Of a stretch of 64,000 nt of DNA, positions 49,090 to 58,508 are shown piece by piece (positions within the stretch are counted from its first letter, which is position 1; every line of letters begins with the position of its first letter). The position numbers and the translations under genes are program-made. The notes under the pieces were generated by a model. That model was not told the DNA's origin. It searched no databases and was given only the letters and a program-made list of their open reading frames with translations. The DNA comes from Myxococcales bacterium (GTDB lineage: Bacteria; Myxococcota_A; Polyangia; Polyangiales; Houyiibacteriaceae): assembly GCA_012744445.1 (NCBI GenBank), contig JAAYBZ010000169.1:24946-88945 (forward strand). Direction: 5' to 3'.

Positions 49090-50081
49090 GCCGCTACATC
49101 CTCCGCCGCGCCGCCTTCGGCTTCCTGGTGACGTGGCTCGTCTTCACCACGGTCTTCTTCCTGATGAACGGCCTCGGCGATCCCGCCGCGGCCGTCCTCG
49201 GCGCCAACGCGCAGGAGTCGCAGATCAGGCAGTTCAAGGAGCAGAAGGGCCTCGACCGGCCGCTCCACGAGCAATACCTCTCCTACCTCGGGCTCATCCC
49301 GTGCGTCCGCCGCGACTCGCCCGCGTGGTCCGACGATCCCGGCGCGCGCAAGCACTGCGGCATCCTCCAAGGCGACCTCGGCGAGTCGTACATCCACCAC
49401 GACAGCGTCACGCGCGTCATCGGCCATCGGCTCCCGCGCACGCTCCTCCTCGGCGTGATGGCGATGGTGGTCGAGCTCGTCTTCGGGATCGGCGCCGGCA
49501 TCTTCGCGGGCCTCCGCCCCGGGACCACCGGCGATCGCGCCGTGATGTTCGGCACCTACCTCGGCACGAGCCTCCCGACCTACGTCACCGGCCCCCTCGC
49601 CTTGCTCGTCTTCGCGTATCTGCTCGGCTGGTTCCCGGTGGGCGGCTATGGCGCGACGCCGCTCGAGCACATCCAGCACGGCATCCTCCCCGCCCTCGTG
49701 CTCGGCATCGGCGGCACGGCCGTCTACGCGCGCGTGATGCGCGGCGAGGTCATCGAGAGCATGCGGCAGGAATACGTCCGCACCGCGCGCGCCAAGGGCG
49801 TCCCCGAGGGGCGCGTGATCCTCGCGCACGGCATCCGCAACTCGCTCCTCCCCGCGGTGACGATGATCGGCCTGAGCCTCCCGGGTCTCGTCTCGGGCGC
49901 GATCATCACCGAGAAGATCTTCGCCTGGCCGGGGCTCGGCGCGCTCACCATCGAGGCCATCAACGCGCTCGACGCGCCGATGGTCCTCGCCGTCACGCTC
50001 CTCTTCGCCGTGATGGTGCAGATCGGCAACCTGCTCGCCGACGTCGGCGTGGCGCTCATGGATCCGCGCATCCAGTACTGA
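49086..50081 (+). CDS. peptide/nickel ABC transporter permease (DppB/OppB type)
   Basis: From ATG 49086 (ATGA overlap with the SBP stop): MSRYILRRAAFGFLVTWLVFTTVFFLM, GLDRPLHEQYLSYL, and the EAA loop EYVRTARAKGVPEGRVILAHGIRNSLLP. Confidence 0.85.
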   Translation: MSRYILRRAAFGFLVTWLVFTTVFFLMNGLGDPAAAVLGANAQESQIRQFKEQKGLDRPLHEQYLSYLGLIPCVRRDSPAWSDDPGARKHCGILQGDLGESYIHHDSVTRVIGHRLPRTLLLGVMAMVVELVFGIGAGIFAGLRPGTTGDRAVMFGTYLGTSLPTYVTGPLALLVFAYLLGWFPVGGYGATPLEHIQHGILPALVLGIGGTAVYARVMRGEVIESMRQEYVRTARAKGVPEGRVILAHGIRNSLLPAVTMIGLSLPGLVSGAIITEKIFAWPGLGALTIEAINALDAPMVLAVTLLFAVMVQIGNLLADVGVALMDPRIQY

Positions 50082-50099
50082 GCGCGGCGCGCCGCCGGT

Positions 50100-50849
50100 T
50101 CAGCGGCGGATGCGCACGGGATAGATCACGCGCTCGGTGCCCTGCTTGGGCGGGAGCACCTCGAACGCGTCGAGCTTGAGCGGCTTCCGCCGGCCGGTCT
50201 CGAGCTTGACGATCATCGTGCCGTCGGGCTTCACGGCCTCCACGCGGCAGATGCCGAAGACCTTGTGCTCGATGTACTCGCCGCGCGCGGGCACGTAGCC
50301 GCCTTCGGGCGGCGCGACGCGCGCGGCCTTGGTCTCGGCTTGTTCGGACGCCGCGGCGACGGCCGCCCAGCTCGCGCGGAGCTCTTCGTCCTTCTCCGCC
50401 TCCTCGGACGCCGCCGCGACGGCCGCCCACGAGGTGGGGGCCGCCGGCGCGCGCACGGGCTCCCTTCGCTTCACCGTCTCGTCGAACGAGACCACGGAAA
50501 GCTCGACGTCTTCGGCGATGGCGTCGAGGACGCGGCCGCCGACGCACGACAGCCCCGCATCGGTCGCGCGCGCGAGCTGCATCGCCAGATCGACCGAGAT
50601 CTCGTCCACGCCGCGCACGCGGCCCGAGACCGCGAGGATCTCGAAGGGCCCCTCGAGCGCATAGGCCCCGGTGCGGCCGCCCGCCGCCGTCGGCAGATCC
50701 AGCTTCACCGAGCGCAGCACGCCGAAGCCGGAGACGTGCCCGAGCGAGACCTCGAGCTCCCGCACCTGCTCCGAGAGGGCCGCGAGGACGGATTCCCCTC
50801 GGCCCACGCGCACGATGAACCTGCGCTCACGTCGACTCTCGATGCTCAT
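50100..50849 (-). CDS. PPC (DUF296)-domain protein with internal repeat and C-terminal small beta domain
   Basis: From ATG 50849 (ATGA overlap with the pgsA stop). RFIVRVGRGESVLAALSEQVRELEVSLGHVSGFGVLRSVKL..FEILAVSGRV fits the PPC/DUF296 pattern. This is followed by two copies of SWAAVAAASE, then GEYIEHKVFGICRVEAVKPDGTMIVKLETGRRKPLKL. Confidence 0.55.
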   Translation of the reverse strand: MSIESRRERRFIVRVGRGESVLAALSEQVRELEVSLGHVSGFGVLRSVKLDLPTAAGGRTGAYALEGPFEILAVSGRVRGVDEISVDLAMQLARATDAGLSCVGGRVLDAIAEDVELSVVSFDETVKRREPVRAPAAPTSWAAVAAASEEAEKDEELRASWAAVAAASEQAETKAARVAPPEGGYVPARGEYIEHKVFGICRVEAVKPDGTMIVKLETGRRKPLKLDAFEVLPPKQGTERVIYPVRIRR

Positions 50850-51583
50850 CGATCTTCTCCACGTCCGCGCGCCTCGGCGAGGCGTCGCTCCTTGGCCTCG
50901 ACCGCCTCCACGAAGAGCTTCACGTACTCTCCGGCGCTCGTGATGGACATCACGGCGCTCACGGCGAGGAGCATGAGGCCCATCGTGCCCCAGTGCACCG
51001 AGACGCTCGTGAAGAAGAAGTCGACCTCGAAGCGGTGATAGACGATGAGCATGAGGATGGCCACCATCTGGACGGCCGTCTTCTCCTTGCCGCCGCGCAC
51101 GGCCGCCATCACCACGCCCTCGCTGATGGCGATGACGCGCAGCGAGGTCACCGCGAGCTCGCGCCCCTCCATCAGGATCACGATGATCGCGCCCCAGAGG
51201 GGGAGCCGGCCCATCCACGTGAGGAAGACGAGCGACGCCATCACCATGAGCTTGTCGGCGAGCGGATCGAGGAACTTCCCGAGGATCGAGACGAGCCCCA
51301 TCCGCCGCGCGAGCCAGCCGTCGAGGAAGTCCGTCACGGCCGTGGCGATGTAGACGCAGGCGGCGAGGAACCCCGCCTCCGGCGTCCCTTCGGCGAGGAT
51401 CCACAGGAACACCGGGATGAGCGCCACCCGGAGCATCGTCAGCAGGTTCGGGAGATTCAGCGCATCCGCGCGGAGACTGCTCTTTTCGACCATCGTCAGG
51501 ACCGAGGCGCCGAAGAAGTCCTCGTCCGCCCCGTAGCACGACTCCGCCCCTGGATTCGAGTGGCCGAGGTCGAATTCCGCCAC
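50846..51583 (-). CDS. pgsA: CDP-diacylglycerol--glycerol-3-phosphate 3-phosphatidyltransferase
   Basis: NLPNLLTMLRVALIPVF and the CDP-alcohol phosphatidyltransferase motif DFLDGWLARRMGLVSILGKFLDPLADK. Start is uncertain: ATG 51583 or the internal MVEKSSL. Confidence 0.85.
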   Translation of the reverse strand: MAEFDLGHSNPGAESCYGADEDFFGASVLTMVEKSSLRADALNLPNLLTMLRVALIPVFLWILAEGTPEAGFLAACVYIATAVTDFLDGWLARRMGLVSILGKFLDPLADKLMVMASLVFLTWMGRLPLWGAIIVILMEGRELAVTSLRVIAISEGVVMAAVRGGKEKTAVQMVAILMLIVYHRFEVDFFFTSVSVHWGTMGLMLLAVSAVMSITSAGEYVKLFVEAVEAKERRLAEARGRGEDR

Positions 51584-51618
51584 GCGCGCTTCGTCGCGGC
51601 GTGGCAGGCTCCCTGCCC

Positions 51619-52578
51619 ATGCGGAAGCTCGGGCTCTCGATCGTCCTCGCCGTGCTCGTCTACGGCGTGTTCGCCGCCCTCACCGACGTCCGCGCGCTGG
51701 GCTCCGCCCTCACCTCGATCGATCCGCGCGCCGTCGTGATCGCGCTCGCGCTCTCCACCGCGAACTACCTGGTCCGATTCGGGCGCTGGTCGCTCTACCT
51801 CCGCAAGCTCGGGGTGCGCGTGGCGTGGCGGCCGAGCCTCACCGTCTTCGTCGCGGGGCTCCTCATGAGCATCACGCCCGGCAAGCTCGGCGAAGCGTGG
51901 AAGAGCCTCCTCCTCAAGGAGTCGACGGGCGTCCCGGTCACACGCACCGCCGGCATCGTCGTGGCCGAGCGCGTCACCGATCTCCTCGCCCTCCTCGCGC
52001 TGATGTCGCTCGCCGCCTTCCGCTCGGTCGACCTCCGCCTCGCCCTCCTCGCCCTCGCCCTCACCCTGGGCGTGTGCGCGTTCTTCGCCTTTCCCGCCCT
52101 CTCCTCGCCCGTGGTCGCCGCGCTCCGCCGCCTCGAACGCGACGCGCTCGCGGAGCGCGTCGAGCGCTTCTTCACCTCCACGGGTGAGCTCCTCGGCCCC
52201 TCGCTCCTCGTGCAGGGCACGCTGATCGCGTGCGCAGCCTGGGCCCTCGAGGCCGAAGGACTCTCCATCCTCGCGGACGGGCTCGGCCTCGAGCTCCCGA
52301 GGAGCGACGCCTTCTTCATCTACGCGACGGCCACCCTCGCGGGCGGGCTCGCCATGCTGCCCGGCGGGCTCGGCGTCACGGAAGGCTCCATGGCCGCGCT
52401 CCTCGGTCGCGCCCTCCCCGGCGCCACCGCCCCCGATCGAATGGCCCTCACCCTCTTCTCGCGATGCACCACCCTCTGGTGGGGAGTGCTCCTCGGCGCG
52501 TGCGCCAACCTCCTCCACGTACACGCCCGGCGACGCCATCGAAACGCCGTGGACACCGGCCCTTCACGCTTGCCCTAA
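51619..52578 (+). CDS. flippase-like / lysylphosphatidylglycerol-synthase TM-region family membrane protein (UPF0104)
   Basis: About 8 TM helices. ANYLVRFGRWSLYLRKLG, LLMSITPGKLGEAWK, LAMLPGGLGVTEGSMAALL are typical of the LPG_synthase_TM/TIGR00374 family. No C-terminal aminoacyl-transferase domain. ATG 51601 is also possible. Confidence 0.7.
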   Translation: MRKLGLSIVLAVLVYGVFAALTDVRALGSALTSIDPRAVVIALALSTANYLVRFGRWSLYLRKLGVRVAWRPSLTVFVAGLLMSITPGKLGEAWKSLLLKESTGVPVTRTAGIVVAERVTDLLALLALMSLAAFRSVDLRLALLALALTLGVCAFFAFPALSSPVVAALRRLERDALAERVERFFTSTGELLGPSLLVQGTLIACAAWALEAEGLSILADGLGLELPRSDAFFIYATATLAGGLAMLPGGLGVTEGSMAALLGRALPGATAPDRMALTLFSRCTTLWWGVLLGACANLLHVHARRRHRNAVDTGPSRLP

Positions 52579-52611
52579 CCCCCCTTTCCGGCTCATGATC
52601 CCGGCGCGAGG

Positions 52612-53622
52612 ATGAAGGGTACGGAACCAGCGTTCCAAGGGCGCTCCCGCTCCGAGGACAAAACCTTCCTGAGCACGCTCGGACTGAACATCGCGCTTCA
52701 GGACGTGGTGGCCAGCGCCTTCCATTTCTACACCTTCGTCCGGGCCGTGATGGCCCCCGACGGGGCCGACGCCGAGATCGCGCGTCGGTTCTCCTTCGCG
52801 CTCCTCGCCATCACGTTGATCACCGTGGCCCTGGTTCGAGGCGAGGTCCTCCCGCGCGGCCGGGCCCGATCCCTCATCTATCGGATCGGCCTCTTCTTCC
52901 CGATGGTGTTCAGCTACTTCGAGATGCGGTTCCTCCTGCCCGCGCTCGACCCGGTGCTCCTCGACGGCAAGCTCATGGCCATCGACGAGGCCATCTTCGG
53001 GGTCTCCCCCGTCATCACCCTCCAGGCCCTCAACGAGTACCCCTTCGTCATCGAGTGGCTGGCCATCGCCTATTACAGCTACTTCTACGTGATGGCCCTG
53101 ATGCTCTTGCCGCCCCTCTTCCTCGAGAACCACCGGGCGATGGCGGAGCTCCTCACGGGGGCGCTCATCATCGCCGTCGTCGGTCACGGCTTCTACACCA
53201 TCGTCCCCGGCGGCGGGCCCGTCCTCCACCTCACCTTCGACGAGCCGCTCAACGGCGGCTACTTCCTCCAGAAGGTCTTCGACACCGTGGCCGCGGCGGG
53301 GGCGCAGTACGACGTCTTCCCCTCGCTCCACACGGGCTACCTCACCTATTTTGCGCTCGCCGCCTATGGCCGCCGCAAGGAGCCCATCTTCAAGGTGGTC
53401 TTCCCCATCCTCGCCGTGCTGGCCGCGCACATGATCGTCGCCACCATCGCCCTCCGCTGGCATTGGGCGATCGACGTCATCGCGGGCTTCGCCCTCGCCG
53501 TGACGGCGCGACTGCTCTCCATCGCCATCGTGCGGCGCGAGATGACCCGCCCCGAAGAAGGCCGGCAGGAGCTCTGGGAGCCGCTTCGCGCCTCCGAGCT
53601 CGCCGCGACCGAGCGCGCCTAG
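52612..53622 (+). CDS. PAP2_3-family membrane protein (inositol-phosphorylceramide/sphingomyelin-synthase-like phosphotransferase)
   Basis: Multi-TM with FPSLHTGYLTYF and RWHWAIDVIAGFALA, which I recognise as the SGH / H-x-x-DV-x-x-G pair of the PAP2_3 (Aur1-like) branch. Confidence 0.65.
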   Translation: MKGTEPAFQGRSRSEDKTFLSTLGLNIALQDVVASAFHFYTFVRAVMAPDGADAEIARRFSFALLAITLITVALVRGEVLPRGRARSLIYRIGLFFPMVFSYFEMRFLLPALDPVLLDGKLMAIDEAIFGVSPVITLQALNEYPFVIEWLAIAYYSYFYVMALMLLPPLFLENHRAMAELLTGALIIAVVGHGFYTIVPGGGPVLHLTFDEPLNGGYFLQKVFDTVAAAGAQYDVFPSLHTGYLTYFALAAYGRRKEPIFKVVFPILAVLAAHMIVATIALRWHWAIDVIAGFALAVTARLLSIAIVRREMTRPEEGRQELWEPLRASELAATERA

Positions 53623-53675
53623 GCCTTCCCGACGCCGTCGTCGCGAGCGCGCGTTCGGGCCGAAGCCTCCGCGCC

Positions 53676-54497
53676 TCAGGGCTCGCCGCGACCGAGCGCG
53701 CTCAGCTCACCGAACGCCTTCGCCGCGTCCACGGGCGGCTCCACGCCCTCGAAGGGGTCGACGAATTCGGCGTCCCCTGGGACGAGGCCCGCGAGATCCG
53801 CGATGACGAAGCCCCGCTCGTCGGTGAACATCGTGTCGCGGCCCATGTAGGTATACGTCTCGGTCGGCTGCTCGGTGAACTCGTGCTTGCGCGTCGGGTC
53901 GCGGCGGACGCTCCCGAGCTCCACGCGCTCGACGAGGCGCCGGAGATCGATGGTCGTCTCTCGGACCGACTCGCCCACCTCGAGGTCGTGCTCCTTTGCG
54001 CGGAGGAAGGCCGCCGAGAAGAGGCCACGCCCCGTCGGGAGCACCATGAGCGGGCGCGTCTCGCCGCGGAACGTGAAGCGCTCGAGCTCACCGGGCGCGC
54101 GCCGGACCATCGCGCTCCGCTCGTCCATGCGATAGGCGCGCTCGTCGAACTGATCCGGCTGCCCCGGATAACCCATGCGCTTATAAGCCGCGAGCGGCAC
54201 GAAATCCTCGTCCCAGACGATCTCGAGCGCCGTCTCCCCGAGCCTCCACGAAAGATGCATGCGGCCGACGTAACACTCGCCGTGCTTGGCGATGGAGTAG
54301 CGCTCGCGCACGCCCTTCTCGAGCGCCGAGGGCCCGGAGACGAGCTCCCGGGCCACGAGGAGCTCCTCCCTCGGCGCCGAGGCACAGGCCGGCCACTCAC
54401 CGAGATCGACCGACTCGGCGGGCGGCCGCCGCATACAGCCCTCGCAGCCCGAGGAGAGCAGGCAGAAGAGGATCAGGATGGTGCGCTTCATGGGCAT
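53676..54497 (-). CDS. hypothetical lipoprotein
   Basis: MPMKRTILILFCLLSSGCEGC (lipobox). 273 aa with no recognised family. It lies 75 nt downstream of the oxidase subunit IV gene on the same strand. Confidence 0.6.
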   Translation of the reverse strand: MPMKRTILILFCLLSSGCEGCMRRPPAESVDLGEWPACASAPREELLVARELVSGPSALEKGVRERYSIAKHGECYVGRMHLSWRLGETALEIVWDEDFVPLAAYKRMGYPGQPDQFDERAYRMDERSAMVRRAPGELERFTFRGETRPLMVLPTGRGLFSAAFLRAKEHDLEVGESVRETTIDLRRLVERVELGSVRRDPTRKHEFTEQPTETYTYMGRDTMFTDERGFVIADLAGLVPGDAEFVDPFEGVEPPVDAAKAFGELSALGRGEP

Positions 54498-54572
54498 TGG
54501 CTCCCAGAACGAATGAAGGCCCGGCTCGCTCCACGCGCGCTCGGGCCTCCACTCAGTCGGAGATGTTCCGGC

Positions 54573-55013
54573 TCACTCGCCGCTTTCGCCCTCTTGGAGC
54601 GTGGGGATCGGCGAGAACTCACCCTCGAGGAACGCCGCGCCCGTACCCGCGGCCGGATCGCCCCGGCGACGGTCGACGCGCGCACCCCAATCCGGATCGA
54701 CGTCGGCGCGGTACTCGGTGTCGTTGGCCGTGTACCCGAGGAAGATCAGGAGGAAGAGGAGCGAGCCGAGGAAGAAGAGCGTGTTGAACGCCTTCTCGTA
54801 CTTGAGGTGCATGAAATAGTAGCAGACCAGCGAGGCCTTCACCGTCGCGATGATGACGGCCACGGCGAGGTTCGCGTCGCCGAGATGGATCCGGTACGCA
54901 CCCACGGTGAGGCCCGTGAGGATGAAGAGCCCGAACAGGACCGCGAGGTTCTGCTTGGTCGAGCTGATGTGCGGGCGGACGTGATAATCGTCGTTGTGAT
55001 CGTGATGTGACAT
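54573..55013 (-). CDS. cytochrome c oxidase subunit IV (prokaryotic COX4 family)
   Basis: LAVLFGLFILTGLTVGAY, VAVIIATVKASLVCYYFMHLKYE, FFLGSLLFLLIFLG: the three-TM COX4_pro pattern. It has an extended ~45-aa C-terminal tail. Confidence 0.8.
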   Translation of the reverse strand: MSHHDHNDDYHVRPHISSTKQNLAVLFGLFILTGLTVGAYRIHLGDANLAVAVIIATVKASLVCYYFMHLKYEKAFNTLFFLGSLLFLLIFLGYTANDTEYRADVDPDWGARVDRRRGDPAAGTGAAFLEGEFSPIPTLQEGESGE

Positions 55014-55025
55014 GGCGTCCTCGGA

Positions 55026-55748
55026 TCAGTCGATCAGGTACATGAAGGGGAAGAGGTAGATCCAGATGAGGTCCACCAAGTGCCAGTAGAGCGCGACGAG
55101 GTCCACCGGCGTCCAGAACTCCGACGTGAACTCGCCCTTGATGTTCCGGATCATCACCCAGGTGATGACGCCCATGCCGATGAGCACGTGGATGCCGTGG
55201 AGGCCGGTCGCCATGAAGTACAGGCCGATGTACGAGCGGACGTGGTTGGCGTAGGTGCCGGCCGGGGCCGACTCCATGCCGTGCGAGTTCGCCGCCGCAG
55301 CCGCGATCTCGGCCCAACCCTCCTCCGTCGGGTTGAAGAGGCTGCCCGGGAGGAGGCCGACGTGGAACTTGTGGGAGTACTCGAAGTACTTCACCACCAT
55401 GAAGATGCCCGCGCAGATGAGCGTGATCGCGAGGTAGACCGTCGTCTTGTTACGCTCGCCCCGCTGCGCCGTGGCCACCGCCTGCGCCGCCGTGAAGCTG
55501 GAGATGAGGAGCACGAACGTGTTGATCGTGCCCATCCGCCAGTCGAGGAGGCGCGAACCCAGCGACCAGGCCTCGGGGTACCAGCTCCGGAAGAGCAGGT
55601 AGGCCACGAAGATGCCGGAGAAGAAGAGGATCTCCTGCGCGAGGAACGTCCACATTCCGAGCTTGGCCGCATCGAACTGCTGGACCGGCCGGTCGAAATG
55701 ATGGGCGAGGAATTCGGGACCGTGATGCGCGTCGGTAGCCATCGTCAT
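55026..55748 (-). CDS. ctaE: cytochrome c oxidase subunit III
   Basis: HHFDRPVQQFDAAKLGMWTFLAQEILFFSGIF, GLYFMATGLHGIHVLIG, LYWHLVDLIWIYLFPFMYL: heme-copper oxidase subunit III motifs. Confidence 0.9.
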   Translation of the reverse strand: MTMATDAHHGPEFLAHHFDRPVQQFDAAKLGMWTFLAQEILFFSGIFVAYLLFRSWYPEAWSLGSRLLDWRMGTINTFVLLISSFTAAQAVATAQRGERNKTTVYLAITLICAGIFMVVKYFEYSHKFHVGLLPGSLFNPTEEGWAEIAAAAANSHGMESAPAGTYANHVRSYIGLYFMATGLHGIHVLIGMGVITWVMIRNIKGEFTSEFWTPVDLVALYWHLVDLIWIYLFPFMYLID

Positions 55749-55758
55749 CGTCCTTCAA

Positions 55759-57432
<1,674 letters not shown>

Positions 57433-57465
57433 GATCGTTCCCTGCGTAGACTCGATGGTGGCCGA

Positions 57466-58497
57466 CTACTGACGGAGCTTCTTCATGTAGGCGATGATCG
57501 CGTCGACCTGCGCCTTGGGGAGGTTGCGCTCGCCGTAAGGCGGCATGTTCACGTTGCCGAATCCCTTGACGATCTTCGCCTGGGGTTGGCGGATGGACTC
57601 GAGGATGTAGTTCTCGTCGGCGACGACCGAGCTGCCGTCCTCGAACGCGCGGGTCTCGCCCCAGACGAGGGCCCAGGACGGACCGGGCTGGTTCACGGCC
57701 GGGTTGGTCGAGTGGCAGGCCACGCAACCCTTGCTCGAGTAGAGCTTCTCACCCCAGCAGGCCATCGGGTCGTCGTTGCCGTCGCAGTCCGCGGGCGGCT
57801 TCTGCGACTCGATGAAGAGCTGGTGGACCGTACGATCGTACTCCTCGGGCGAGACGACCGTGATGGCCGCGATCATCGTGGAGTGGTTTGAGTTGGGCTC
57901 GTCGACGAGCGAACCGCTGGAGATGCCGCGAGGCGCGCCGCAGTACTCGGCGCAGAAGAGCGTGAGCGGCTCCTGGGTCTCTTCGGTCGGCTCGAACCAC
58001 GCCGTCGTGTACATGCCGGGCACCACGTCGCGCTTGATGCGGAAGGCCGGGATGTAGAACGAGTGGAGGACGTCCGACGAGCTCATGATGAGCTTGACGG
58101 GCTTGCCCTTCGGGACGATCAGCTCGTTCTGCTGAATGGCGCCGTTCGGGTGCTCGAAGACCCAGCTCCACTGCATGCCCGTCACGCGAATCTCGATCGC
58201 GTCGCGCGGGGGCACGGCGGCCTTCACGAAGCTCGAGAAGCCCGAGTGGAAGAGGTAGGCGAGCAGGATGAGGGGCGAGAGTGTCCAGACGAGCTCGATG
58301 AGCGTGCTGTGTCCCGTCGGCTCCGCCTTCATGCCCTCACGCCGCCGATACTTGACGACGTAATAGACCATGAAGCCCGTGATGAGCAGGAAGGACACCA
58401 CGGCCACCCAGTAGATGAACATGTACATGTCATCCACTTCGGGGGCGATCGTCGAGAGCTGAGGGGGGAGCTGCGTCGTTCCCTTGGGTGCGGTCAT
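57466..58497 (-). CDS. ctaC: cytochrome c oxidase subunit II with fused C-terminal cytochrome c (caa3 type)
   Basis: Two N-terminal TM helices. Cupredoxin domain with DVLHSFYIPAFRIKRDVVPG and CAEYCG...HSTM (CuA ligands, with an unusual insertion). C-terminal CVACH heme-c motif and MPPY. Confidence 0.9.
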   Translation of the reverse strand: MTAPKGTTQLPPQLSTIAPEVDDMYMFIYWVAVVSFLLITGFMVYYVVKYRRREGMKAEPTGHSTLIELVWTLSPLILLAYLFHSGFSSFVKAAVPPRDAIEIRVTGMQWSWVFEHPNGAIQQNELIVPKGKPVKLIMSSSDVLHSFYIPAFRIKRDVVPGMYTTAWFEPTEETQEPLTLFCAEYCGAPRGISSGSLVDEPNSNHSTMIAAITVVSPEEYDRTVHQLFIESQKPPADCDGNDDPMACWGEKLYSSKGCVACHSTNPAVNQPGPSWALVWGETRAFEDGSSVVADENYILESIRQPQAKIVKGFGNVNMPPYGERNLPKAQVDAIIAYMKKLRQ

Positions 58498-58508
58498 GAT
58501 TCTCCGAC

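Noticed and set aside
54517-54548. Weak hairpin AGGCCCG-N18-CGGGCCT after oxidase subunit IV as an operon terminator.
   Set aside because: It has only a 7-bp stem with an 18-nt loop and no U-run. The downstream lipoprotein gene may be co-transcribed. Not supportable.
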